Source of the DNA: Myxococcota bacterium
Lineage (GTDB): Bacteria; Myxococcota_A; UBA9160; UBA6930
Length of the DNA: 64,000 nt
Reading direction: 5' to 3'
NCBI GenBank assembly: GCA_965223705.1
Contig: OZ245015.1
Coordinates: 1,952,001 to 2,016,000 of the forward strand
Of this stretch, positions 1-9,137 are shown piece by piece. Below the pieces are notes generated by a model. It saw nothing but the letters and a program-made list of their open reading frames with translations, had not been told where the DNA came from and did no database searches. Positions within the stretch are counted from its first letter, which is position 1. Each line of letters begins with the position of its first letter. Made by a program: the position numbers and the translations under genes.

Positions 1-2
1 AC

Positions 3-542
3 TTGGCGACCGAAGCCTGCGACCGGATTTCGCGCGAAGCGATCCAAGTCCACGGCGGTCTCGGCTTCATGTCGGAATCGACCGTCGCGAAGCTCCACCA
101 GGACGCGATCATCACCACGATCTACGAAGGCACGTCCGAGATCCAGGCATCCTTCGCGTTGAAGGAGATGAGCAAGGGCGCGCTGCTGGTGGTGTTCGAG
201 GAGCTGCGCAACGAGCTCGACACCATGACGGACGAACCCCTGGACGAGTACGCGTCGAAAGTGCGGGGCGGGGTCGAGAAGATTCTCCAGGCGTCGCCAG
301 CGCTGCTCTCGGATTTCAACTACGCGCTCTTGAGTTCCAAGATTCTCTCCGAGGCGGTGGCTTTCGTGATCGTCGCGACGGAGCTTCTCAAGCAGGCGCG
401 GGTGGATCCGCGGCGGATCGATCTAGCCGCGAGCTGGATCGATCAGCGCATGCCCGAGGTCGAGATGCACGCCCGGCGGATCGCCGAGGGCAGTGTGTCG
501 CGCATCGAGCGCTGCGAGCGGATTCTCGAGCTCGAGGGGTAG
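3..542 (+). CDS. Acyl-CoA dehydrogenase, C-terminal part (5'-truncated by window edge)
   Basis: AIQVHGGLGF...IYEGTSEIQ, the classic ACAD C-terminal signature. Confidence 0.9.
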   Translation: MATEACDRISREAIQVHGGLGFMSESTVAKLHQDAIITTIYEGTSEIQASFALKEMSKGALLVVFEELRNELDTMTDEPLDEYASKVRGGVEKILQASPALLSDFNYALLSSKILSEAVAFVIVATELLKQARVDPRRIDLAASWIDQRMPEVEMHARRIAEGSVSRIERCERILELEG

Positions 543-570
543 GCTCACGCTGCACGGGGGACCGGGGTCG

Positions 571-686
571 GGCCGCGGGAGGTGGGGGTACCGTGCTCAA
601 ACATCCTCGCGCCGCGGGCTTTCGAGATGCGTCGCGCTGGTAGGGGCGCTGCGGAACTGCGCGCGGCACCCCCACCTCCCACGGCC
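571..686. repeat. Long imperfect inverted repeat (26-bp arms, 64-nt spacer) between convergent genes
   Basis: GGCCGCGGGAGGTGGGGGTACCGTGC (571-596) matches the reverse complement of GCGCGGCACCCCCACCTCCCACGGCC (661-686) at 23/26 positions. Confidence 0.8.
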
Positions 687-722
687 TCGCGGCGCCCAGC
701 CTGTTCGCGTCGCGCTCGCTCG

Positions 723-1532
723 CTAGCGGCCTCGGAAGACCGGGTCGCGCTTTTCGATGAAAGCTCGCTGGCCCTCCCTCGCGTCTTCGCTTTGGCGGAG
801 GGGGCGGCCGATCGCTTCTTGCCTTTCGTAGGCTTCCGGGAGGGGCAGAGGCAGGATCTCGCGCACGCCGCGTCGCGTTTCGCGCACCGCGAGGGGGGCG
901 TTGCGCGCGATTCGGTCCGCCAGGGCGAGCGCTTCCGCGAGAAGCTCTGCGGGCGGCACGATGCGGTTGATGAGTCCGATCGCGGCGGCGCGCTCGGCAT
1001 CGATCGGTTGTGCCGAAAGCAACAACTCGTGGGCATGCACCCAGGGAATTTGCCGCGGCAAGAGGACGGTCGCATTTCCCGTCGGGTACATGCCGATGCC
1101 GACTTCCTCGAGTGCGAACGTGGCACCCGGCACGGCCAGGCGGATCTCCGAAGCGAGCATCAAGTCGAACCCGCCCGCGCGCGCGTGGCCGTTGATCGCA
1201 CAGATGAGTGGCTTTCCCAGATCGAAGCCGGCGAGGAGCGCGGTCCGCACGCTCCGAAGCCCTTCGAAGTCCTTCGGATCGATTTTCTCGCCGCGATGTA
1301 GCCGTTGCGACGCCGGAATGGTCGCCCGCATGTCCATGCCCGCGGAAAACACCCGCGAGCCCGCTCCGGTGAGAACGACGCAGCGAACGTCGTCATCTTC
1401 CGATAGCTCTCGCCACACCGCGGCTAAATCGCAAAGGTGCGCGGGGTCGAGGGCGTTCGCCTTATCCGGTCGATTGAGCGTGACGAGTGCGGTATGGGGA
1501 ACGTCGACGGGCCGCACGAGATCGATGGACAT
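723..1532 (-). CDS. Enoyl-CoA hydratase/isomerase (crotonase family)
   Basis: TLNRPDKANAL, FSAGMD, KPLICAINGHARAGG, EDAREGQRAFIEKRDPVF. Confidence 0.92.
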   Translation of the reverse strand: MSIDLVRPVDVPHTALVTLNRPDKANALDPAHLCDLAAVWRELSEDDDVRCVVLTGAGSRVFSAGMDMRATIPASQRLHRGEKIDPKDFEGLRSVRTALLAGFDLGKPLICAINGHARAGGFDLMLASEIRLAVPGATFALEEVGIGMYPTGNATVLLPRQIPWVHAHELLLSAQPIDAERAAAIGLINRIVPPAELLAEALALADRIARNAPLAVRETRRGVREILPLPLPEAYERQEAIGRPLRQSEDAREGQRAFIEKRDPVFRGR

Positions 1533-1538
1533 GGCCCA

Positions 1539-2276
1539 TCAATACAACCCGAGCATGTGCCCGGCCAGCACAAAGATGACGATGCCGAGCGCCGGCTTGA
1601 GCAGGCGGTCGCCGCCGCGGATCGCCATGCGGGCGCCGAGTTCTCCGCCGAGCGCGAACCCGGCCCCGAGAACCATCGCCGGCACCCACGCGATCTGATC
1701 GGCAAACACAAAGATGGGAAGCGCCATCGCGGTGAAGCAGAAGTTCACGGCGATCTTGAGTGCGTTCGCGCGCAACAAATCGAGGCCGGTGAGTCGCAAG
1801 ACCAGCAGTAGCAGCAAGCCGACGCCGGCTTGAAACGCGCCGCCGTAGAGCCCGAGACCGAACAGGGCGACGTGCCGCCAGGGCGACGGCGGACGGGGCG
1901 GGTCCGCTTCGGCGGGTGAGCCGCGCCACCACGTGAAGACCCACAACACGATCATCACGAGGCCGAAGGCGCGCTCGAAAACACCGTCTGGGACGTGCGT
2001 GACGAACCATGCACCGATGACGGAACCCAACGCGACGGGGATCAGAACGGGCGCGGTCTGTGCCAGGGAGACCACGGATTCCTTTTGGAAGCGGCGGAGG
2101 GCGGTGCCTGTTTGGAGGAGCACACCGACGCGGTTCGTGCCGTTTGCGACGCCGCCGGGCAGACCGAGCAAGACCAGGACCGGGACGGTGAGGAAAGATC
2201 CCCCGCCCGCGAGGGTGTTGATCACGCCGGCGACGAGGCCCGACGCCGCGAGTCCGAGAAGTGCGAGGCCTTCCAT
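1539..2276 (-). CDS. TauE/SafE (TSUP) family membrane transporter
   Basis: AGVINTLAGGGS, ANGTN, GLYGGAFQAGVG, RANALK motifs; hydrophobic; start trimmed to MEGLALL. Confidence 0.88.
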   Translation of the reverse strand: MEGLALLGLAASGLVAGVINTLAGGGSFLTVPVLVLLGLPGGVANGTNRVGVLLQTGTALRRFQKESVVSLAQTAPVLIPVALGSVIGAWFVTHVPDGVFERAFGLVMIVLWVFTWWRGSPAEADPPRPPSPWRHVALFGLGLYGGAFQAGVGLLLLLVLRLTGLDLLRANALKIAVNFCFTAMALPIFVFADQIAWVPAMVLGAGFALGGELGARMAIRGGDRLLKPALGIVIFVLAGHMLGLY

Positions 2277-2313
2277 TGGGCTCCGAAGCTTAGGATCTGC
2301 TACCGACGCCGCC

Positions 2314-4200
2314 ATGGAGCGCCGAGCTTTCGGAACCTGGTCTTCGTCCCTCGATGCGGCACGCGTGGCGCAAGCCGGGGTCCGCTTCGGGCAACCCGCA
2401 GGCTTTCGCGGCGACCGATTCTGGATCGAGGGACGTCCCGACGAGGGCGGGCGCCAGGTGCTGGTCCGCTCGGACGCGGGTGGCGGGATCTCCGACGTCG
2501 TTCCGGGCGACGTCAATGTTCGGAGCACGGTCCACGAATACGGCGGCGGCGATTACGCCGTCTGCGCGCACGGCATAGCGCTGGCCGCTCCTGAAGGCGG
2601 GGCATCCTGGCTTGAGGGGCTCGGCACCGGAACGCCGAGCGCACTTCCCGGCGCGCGCCGCGACGCTCGCTACGCAGATTTTGCGATCTCTCCCGACGGC
2701 GAGGTCGTCATGTGCGTCGAAGAGACGCACCACGACGATCGCGAACCGACGAACCAGCTCGTCGCGCTCCACAGGAGTACCGGCCGGCGCGTGGTCGTAG
2801 AAGCCGCGCACGATTTTGTGAGTTCGCCGGTATTTTCGCCGCGCGGCGACCGCTTGGCCTACCTGGTCTGGGATCATCCCCGCATGCCCTGGCAGGGGAC
2901 GGAGCTCAAAGCCTGCGCGCTGACCCAGCGCGAATTCGGCAGCGCGCGATCTGTTGCGGGCGGCGAGCGCGAATCGATCTTCCAGCCCGCGTTCTCTCCC
3001 GACGGAACGCTGTTTTTCGTGTCCGATCGCAGCGGGTGGTGGAACCTCTACGCCATGCGCGGCGACCGGGCGGAGGCTCTCGCTCCGCGCCGTGCGGAGT
3101 TCGGGCGCCCCCAGTGGGTGTTCGGGATGCAGACCTACGGCTTCGCTGCGAACGGCGAAGTGATTTGTCGCGTCGGTCAGGGCGGACGCTCGTCGCTCAT
3201 GCGCGTCCATGCCGAAACCGGAGCTGCTACGGAGATCCCGCTGCCGTTTTCGAGTATCGACGGCGTCGCCGTCTCGGAGATGGAAGTGATTCTCGTCGCC
3301 GCCTCGGAGCGTGAGAACAGCACGGTGGCAGTCCTCGACCTTGAAACGGGCGCGTTGTCACGCTTGCGCGGCGGCGGCGCAGGTCTGTCCGAAGAGACGA
3401 TCTCCGTCGCCGACCCGCGAACGTTCGCTACGTCCGGTGGCGAGAGCGCTCACGGTTTTTTCTACGCGCCGCGGAGCGATCGCTGGCTCGGGCCCGAGGG
3501 CGCTTCGCCGCCGCTTCTCGTTCGTACTCACGGCGGACCGACTTCGGCGTCGGGTGCTGCGCTCGACTCGTCGATTCAGTTCTTCACGAGCCGCGGGTTC
3601 GCCGTCTTCGACGTGAACTACCGGGGAAGTACGGGCTACGGCCGCGCGTATTGGGAAGCCCTCGGCGGGCAGTGGGGAGTGCTCGATGTCGACGATTGCG
3701 AGGCCGCTGCGGCGGACGCCGTCGCTCGCGGCGAGGCGGATCCCTCACGGCTGGCGATTCGAGGTGGCAGCGCCGGCGGCTACACGACGCTGTGTGCACT
3801 CGCGTTCGGTACGGCTTTCCACGCCGGGGCGAGCTACTACGGCATCGGCGACCTCAGTCTCCTCGCAGAGGACACGCACAAATTCGAGAGCCACTACACC
3901 GATTGGTTGATCGGGCCATACCCCGAGGCGCGGGCCCTCTACCGCGAACGTTCGCCGCTACACGCGGCGGACAAACTCACGTGCCCCGTGATCTTCTTCC
4001 AGGGCATGCGCGATCGGGTCGTCCCTCCGAACCAAGCGGAAACGATGGTGGCAGCGCTGCGCGATACGGGAATCCACTGCGAGCACGTGACCTTCGCTGA
4101 GGAAGGTCACGGCTTCCGCCGGGCCGACACCATCGTCGCGTGTCTCGAGCGCGAGCTCGCGTTCTATCGCCACGTCTTCGGCCTGACGGGGAAGGCCTAG
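2314..4200 (+). CDS. S9 family peptidase (prolyl oligopeptidase/acylaminoacyl peptidase-like)
   Basis: HGGPT, VNYRGSTGYG, nucleophile GGSAGG, D in DRVVP, H in EGHGF; start MERRAFGTW. Confidence 0.93.
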   Translation: MERRAFGTWSSSLDAARVAQAGVRFGQPAGFRGDRFWIEGRPDEGGRQVLVRSDAGGGISDVVPGDVNVRSTVHEYGGGDYAVCAHGIALAAPEGGASWLEGLGTGTPSALPGARRDARYADFAISPDGEVVMCVEETHHDDREPTNQLVALHRSTGRRVVVEAAHDFVSSPVFSPRGDRLAYLVWDHPRMPWQGTELKACALTQREFGSARSVAGGERESIFQPAFSPDGTLFFVSDRSGWWNLYAMRGDRAEALAPRRAEFGRPQWVFGMQTYGFAANGEVICRVGQGGRSSLMRVHAETGAATEIPLPFSSIDGVAVSEMEVILVAASERENSTVAVLDLETGALSRLRGGGAGLSEETISVADPRTFATSGGESAHGFFYAPRSDRWLGPEGASPPLLVRTHGGPTSASGAALDSSIQFFTSRGFAVFDVNYRGSTGYGRAYWEALGGQWGVLDVDDCEAAAADAVARGEADPSRLAIRGGSAGGYTTLCALAFGTAFHAGASYYGIGDLSLLAEDTHKFESHYTDWLIGPYPEARALYRERSPLHAADKLTCPVIFFQGMRDRVVPPNQAETMVAALRDTGIHCEHVTFAEEGHGFRRADTIVACLERELAFYRHVFGLTGKA

Positions 4201-5165
4201 TGCGCGTGCAGTGGGGCCTCGCACTCGCGGCGTGCGCGCTTCTCGCCTGTGCGCCCCAAGGGCAACCCCCCGAGAGCACTCGGGCCGCTCGAGTCGACAC
4301 CACGTGGCTGCGCGAGGGCCACCCCTACCTGTATCCGCGAGCCGGGCGACTTCGGTTGTTCACGTGTCGTTGGAGCACGGAGAACCCGATCGGCGTCTAT
4401 ATCGACGCTCCGGATGATCTGCGGGAAGTCGTGCGAAGCGCTCTGTCGGTGTGGCAAGGCCTAGCGCTCGGGGTGCGCTTCTATGAGGTCCTCGCCCGGG
4501 AGGCCGCGCTCCATCTTTACGTCCAAGACGAACCCGTTTCCACGGCGCGTGGGTTCGGCACGGGGCGTACGGTCACGGACTGTGCCGTCGAGGACTCGGG
4601 AGGCGAGGGGCTCCGCGCCGAGCTGACCCGAGCCCGCGTCGATCTATCGCGGGAAACCCCGGCCGACGCTCGTGGACAAGCGCGTTCCTTGAGCGACGCG
4701 GAGTTCGCCGGAGCGGCACTCCATGAACTGGGTCACGCGTTGGGCTTTCAGGGGCACACGGCGCGGCGCGGCGCCGTACTTTCGCGTGATCTTTCCGTCG
4801 CGCGGCGGCTCGGTAAGCGCGTCTTGTCCGGCGAACGGATCGACGCCCCCGAACTCCTGGCCCTCTACCAGACGCCGAGTGGCCATGTGTTGAAGGAAGT
4901 CAGCGTGGACGCCTGGCGCACGGACTTGATCGATCGCATGGCGCGGCTCGCGTCTGAAGCGGCCCTCGAGGGTCCCTTCGCACGGGTCGGAGACGCCGCG
5001 GCGCGCGTCTTTTGGCGCGACGACAAGGGCCTCGAGTACGGCTTCCAAATCCCCGAACTCGAGCGCACCCTGCGAACCCCCGAGAAACTCCTCGTGCTGC
5101 CAGAAGCGCGAGCGCGCGCCGCGCTGCCGCGAAGTCGAGATCTATCCCCCGCCAGCGAGCCCTAG
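4200..5165 (+). CDS. Putative lipoprotein with metzincin/matrixin-type zinc-binding motif
   Basis: Signal and lipobox ALLAC; HELGHALGFQGH (HExxHxxGxxH variant); GTG overlaps the upstream TAG. Confidence 0.7.
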   Translation: MRVQWGLALAACALLACAPQGQPPESTRAARVDTTWLREGHPYLYPRAGRLRLFTCRWSTENPIGVYIDAPDDLREVVRSALSVWQGLALGVRFYEVLAREAALHLYVQDEPVSTARGFGTGRTVTDCAVEDSGGEGLRAELTRARVDLSRETPADARGQARSLSDAEFAGAALHELGHALGFQGHTARRGAVLSRDLSVARRLGKRVLSGERIDAPELLALYQTPSGHVLKEVSVDAWRTDLIDRMARLASEAALEGPFARVGDAAARVFWRDDKGLEYGFQIPELERTLRTPEKLLVLPEARARAALPRSRDLSPASEP

Positions 5166-5248
5166 AGAAGTCCCCGGACAAGGCAAGCAGCGGACAAGCC
5201 TGTGCCCCACCTGCCACGGCCAGGGCTAGGTCCGCGCTTAGAGCGGGT

Positions 5249-6718
5249 CTATCCGACGCTCGGATCGAGCTGCTTCGCCTTGGCGAGAGCCGCGTCCGCC
5301 GCTCCGTGCTCTCCGAGCTTCTTCAACACGACCGAGAAATAGAAGAAGGCTTGGGCGTCGTCCTGGCGCAGCTCGAGTGCCAATTCGAGGTGCTCGCGAG
5401 CTCGCTCGGGCTCGGACGGGCGCTTCTTGTACAAAGCCCAGCCATAGGCGGATTGATACGCTCCCTCGTCGGGCCAGAGTTTGACGGTGTTCGCGAGGAG
5501 CGGCGCCGCTTCGCCGAAGCGACCGGCCCGCATCATGATCTCGGCCTGTCGGTAGAGGGTCTCGGCTTGCATCAACCGATCGGTGTCGAAGCTGTCGACG
5601 CCGCCCGCATCATAGTCGCGCCGAGACGCCGAGTCCGAGAGAACCGTGTGCGCTTTTCCGATCGCGGCGAACACCTCTCCCGCCTGGGACTTCAAGGACT
5701 CGAGACCGCGGCGCTTGAGCGCATCGGGGTGAAAACGCTTCGCGGCGAGGAGATACGCCTTTTTCACGGCGGCGGGTTTGGCGTCGCGTGGAATCCCGAG
5801 CAGCTCGTAGTAGTCGAGCTCCCCGAGCGCTGCATACTTCGCCTCGATTTCCTCAGCGAGCTCCTCGTCGCGCGCGGCCTCGCGCGCTTCTTTTTGCTGC
5901 ACTTCTTTGGGAGCTTCTTCCTGGACGCCATCGCCGACGATGATCTCGATCTGCGGGCCCGGGTCGAGGGCTTCTTCGGCGTTATCCTCGGGGACTGCGC
6001 TCGCGGCCCCCGGCGTCTCGGAAAACCCGATGATGTCGAGTTCGCCGAGCGCCGCGACTGCGGCCACGAGTGACGGATCGGATTGGAGACCGAGCTGGTC
6101 CCACAGCGTTTTCTCAGAATCGAGCCCGGCGATGGCCGACGCCGTCGAAGGGTCGAGGCCGCAGCGGTTCGCGATTTCGTCGGCGGAGCATCGACTCGAC
6201 GGATACTCCGTCAAGCGGGCTTCGAGCTGTTGCAAGATGACGTCCGGCCGCGCGTGTCGGGCGAGACCGGTGATCACGAGGGCCACGCCGTTGACACGAA
6301 AGGCCTCGGTGCCTTTCGCGGCGCGGGACTCGGGGTCGAGGCGGTATTCGCCCGTGGTCCACGCGAACGCTTCCGTCACCCGGCGCTCCGTTCGCTTGCG
6401 CAGGAATCGGACGAGGTCCTTCGCGGGTACGAGTTTAAGCGCCATGAGCGCGGCTTCTTCACTGGCCTTCTTCTTGACCATGATTTGGCGGGCGCGGTCC
6501 GCGGCGGCACCGTCGACGACTTCGTCGGCTACGAGCTGGTGAAGGAGCGATTCTTCCGCGACGTTCGAATCGGCTTGCGCAATGTGCTCCCCGTCGAACA
6601 CGACGCACTTCAGTTTGCGTCCCTGCTTCAAGTGGACGCTGCCGACATAGTTCTCGCGCATGAGCTCGAGAAAGAGCGAGGCCAAGCTCGCCGTGTCGAA
6701 GCGGCCTTCTTGTTCCAT
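5249..6718 (-). CDS. DUF4388-like N-terminal domain + DnaJ (J) domain + TPR protein
   Basis: DYYELLGIPRDAK...AAKRFHPD J-domain with intact HPD; C-terminal TPR-like helices; N-terminal EAFAWTTGEYR typical of DUF4388/PatA-N. Confidence 0.8.
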   Translation of the reverse strand: MEQEGRFDTASLASLFLELMRENYVGSVHLKQGRKLKCVVFDGEHIAQADSNVAEESLLHQLVADEVVDGAAADRARQIMVKKKASEEAALMALKLVPAKDLVRFLRKRTERRVTEAFAWTTGEYRLDPESRAAKGTEAFRVNGVALVITGLARHARPDVILQQLEARLTEYPSSRCSADEIANRCGLDPSTASAIAGLDSEKTLWDQLGLQSDPSLVAAVAALGELDIIGFSETPGAASAVPEDNAEEALDPGPQIEIIVGDGVQEEAPKEVQQKEAREAARDEELAEEIEAKYAALGELDYYELLGIPRDAKPAAVKKAYLLAAKRFHPDALKRRGLESLKSQAGEVFAAIGKAHTVLSDSASRRDYDAGGVDSFDTDRLMQAETLYRQAEIMMRAGRFGEAAPLLANTVKLWPDEGAYQSAYGWALYKKRPSEPERAREHLELALELRQDDAQAFFYFSVVLKKLGEHGAADAALAKAKQLDPSVG

Positions 6719-7726
6719 CTAGACCGAGCTCCGCAGCGCTTCGGCGATCTGAAAGCCCGTCGCGATGGCGTCGGGCAGATCTTTCCGGATCACGAGCCGG
6801 TCTTGTTCGAGAGACGCCACCACGGCTTCGGAGAGCGGCGAAACGCCGGCCAGCATGGGTTCGGCTCCCCAGCTCTCGATGGCCGAGAGAATCTGTTCGA
6901 GGGCGACGGCTCCGTAGGCCTCGTCGATGACCGCGCCCGTCAGGTCGACCACGATCACGCGGACGTCGCGCGCTCCCGGATCGCGCCCGATGAGCTCCAC
7001 CGCTCGCAGGGCTTCGTCGACTCCGGAGAAAGGAATGACCATCACCGGGCCCCACACGTGAATCACCGGCGCGCTTCCGTCGAAGTGCTCATCGGATTCG
7101 GCCGGTTGCCGAGCCGCCAGTTTGCGGCCGACCAAGTTGCGGAACTCGTCGAAGGGCAGGGCATCGAGGAGCTGGATCGCGCGGGCGTCGCCCGATGCGC
7201 GCCAGGCGGCAGCTTCGCGGGTCTGAAAAGAACAAACGCGACCGCCGCTCGCGGTGCATTGCATTTCGAGGCAGAGCATGTCCGCGCCGAAGATCCCTGA
7301 AGCCCAACCGGACGTGTAACCCATACTCGCGTAGCAAACGGGTGCGGCGGTCTCGTCCGACGCGTCGCGGATTGCCCGCGCTTCTTGGCTCTGCGGCCAG
7401 TGGCCGCGCAGCTCGAGCGCGCCCGGCGCGATGGGTTGCAGCTGCATCGGCAGCCGCGTCGCCCGGGGCTCGCCGCTTGCCGTCGCCTGCGATCTCGATC
7501 CGATCCCTTCGCGTACCACCGACGCGGCGTCGTACAGGCCGTGAACAAATCCCAGCTGAAGTAGGGCTGCGCCCGCTTGTTGTTCACCGACCTCTTCCAC
7601 CAGTTCGAGGTGAAGCGATCCGAGAAAGCACGGATCGATGAGAAAGCGCGGTATTTCCTCGAGGCTCGACTCGGGGTCGAGACCGAGTGCCTCGAGGATG
7701 GGCAATGCCAAGGGGGGGGACGTCAT
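6719..7726 (-). CDS. V4R (XylR-N type) sensor + STAS domain protein (RsbR-like)
   Basis: PVCY..MGYTSGW...CLEMQCTASGGRVCSF V4R Zn motif; PVIHVWGPVMVIPF...IVVDLTG STAS domain. Confidence 0.8.
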   Translation of the reverse strand: MTSPPLALPILEALGLDPESSLEEIPRFLIDPCFLGSLHLELVEEVGEQQAGAALLQLGFVHGLYDAASVVREGIGSRSQATASGEPRATRLPMQLQPIAPGALELRGHWPQSQEARAIRDASDETAAPVCYASMGYTSGWASGIFGADMLCLEMQCTASGGRVCSFQTREAAAWRASGDARAIQLLDALPFDEFRNLVGRKLAARQPAESDEHFDGSAPVIHVWGPVMVIPFSGVDEALRAVELIGRDPGARDVRVIVVDLTGAVIDEAYGAVALEQILSAIESWGAEPMLAGVSPLSEAVVASLEQDRLVIRKDLPDAIATGFQIAEALRSSV

Positions 7727-7755
7727 TGTTGGGGGGCTCCTGACGGCTGCTTCTT

Positions 7756-7770
7756 ACAAGAGCTGTGCCA
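7756..7770 (-). promoter_or_regulatory. Putative sigma54 (-24/-12) promoter of the V4R-STAS/DnaJ operon
   Basis: Minus strand TGGCACAGCTCTTGT versus consensus TGGCAC-N5-TTGC, 30 nt upstream of the ATG, with an AGGAG SD between. Confidence 0.6.
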
Positions 7771-8049
7771 CTCCTTCGCGAAATCGCTTTCCCCTTGTCT
7801 ATCGGACGGTTAGGCCTTTCATTGTGAATCTGTTTCGGCGGGGTGATTCCCGAGTTCGGGACGGCTCACCCGCAGCCCTTCGGTGCCTCTCCGGCAACTT
7901 GCGCAGCGCCCGCGCGCGTCTTTCGAGCGCACGGCGGCGAAACTCTCGGGTGGAAGGCCCCGGGGAGCGAGAGAACCCGGGTTCAGGTTTTGGGCTGCCT
8001 CTCGGTTGCGGGCGGGACGCGAGCGGGCGCGTCCCAATGCTGGCACGTC

Positions 8050-9132
8050 TCAGTTTTGGGACAGCCCGAGGCGCTCGCGGCGATAGCCGTGCGCCTGGAC
8101 GGCTTCGCACCAGGAGCGATGCTCGAGATACCACGCCACGGTCCGGGCCAGACCCTCGTCGAGTGCCGTGGTCGGCCGCCAGTCGAGTTCCGCTTCGATG
8201 TGGGCGGGGTCGATGGCGTAGCGGCGGTCGTGCCCGGGGCGATCCTCGACGAACGTCTTCAGGTCGTGATACCGACCCACAGCGGCCGCAGAAAGTCTCT
8301 CATTTTCGGCGGCGGGGAACGCGTTTTCGAGGGCATCGCACAACGCGTCGACCAACTCGAGATTCGTTCGCTCGTTGCGTCCCCCGACGTTGTACGAACC
8401 CCCGGGCTTGCCGGCATCGAGGACGCGCAGAATGGCGCGGCAGTGGTCCTCGACGAAGAGCCAGTCGCGCACGTTTTGTCCATCGCCGTAGATCGGCACG
8501 GGCCGTCCCTCGAGTGCGTTCAGGATCGTGAGCGGGATCAGCTTCTCGGGGAACTGGAAGGGACCGTAGTTATTGGAACAGTTCGTGAGCAGCGTCGGCA
8601 GACCGAACGTTTCGTGGTACGCGCGCACGAGATGATCCGCGCCCGCTTTGCTCGCGGCGTAGGGCGAACGCGGCGCGTAGGGCGTCGTTTCGACGAACAA
8701 ACCCTCGGCGGGCAGGGAGCCGAACACCTCATCGGTCGAAATGTGCAGGAAGCGGAAATCGTCCTCCTGGGCCGCGCCGCTCTGGACGAGCTCCCGACTC
8801 GCTTCGAGGAGCTCGAGCGTTCCCGATACGTTGGTGCGGACGAAGATCCTCGGGCCGTCGATCGAACGGTCGACGTGGCTCTCAGCGGCGAAGTTGATGA
8901 CCGCATTGGGAGGGAATCGGCGGAACACCGAGCTCACGGCGCCGCGATCGGCGATATCGCCTTCGATGAACGTGAGCCGCTCTTCGGCTTCGAGCTCGGC
9001 GAGGCTCTCGCGGTGGCCGGCGTACGTCAAGGCGTCGAGCACGACGATCTGATGGTCGGTCTCCGCCAGGGCGAGTCGCACGAAGTTCGCCCCGATGAAG
9101 CCCGCGCCTCCGGTCACGAGCCAGGTCGACAT
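8050..9132 (-). CDS. rfbB: dTDP-glucose 4,6-dehydratase
   Basis: LVTGGAGFIG, DALTYAG, AAESHVDRSI, HISTDEVFG, YAASK, NCSNNYGP, DRPGHDRRYA. Confidence 0.96.
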   Translation of the reverse strand: MSTWLVTGGAGFIGANFVRLALAETDHQIVVLDALTYAGHRESLAELEAEERLTFIEGDIADRGAVSSVFRRFPPNAVINFAAESHVDRSIDGPRIFVRTNVSGTLELLEASRELVQSGAAQEDDFRFLHISTDEVFGSLPAEGLFVETTPYAPRSPYAASKAGADHLVRAYHETFGLPTLLTNCSNNYGPFQFPEKLIPLTILNALEGRPVPIYGDGQNVRDWLFVEDHCRAILRVLDAGKPGGSYNVGGRNERTNLELVDALCDALENAFPAAENERLSAAAVGRYHDLKTFVEDRPGHDRRYAIDPAHIEAELDWRPTTALDEGLARTVAWYLEHRSWCEAVQAHGYRRERLGLSQN

Positions 9133-9137
9133 CGCGT

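Noticed and set aside
7800..8049. Possible sRNA or riboswitch in the rfbB to V4R gene gap
   Set aside because: Several GC hairpins are present, but no recognisable riboswitch consensus; the region is compatible with an enhancer or terminator.
8050..9132. O-antigen or polysaccharide locus
   Set aside because: Only rfbB is present, with no rfbA/C/D, glycosyltransferases or flippase.
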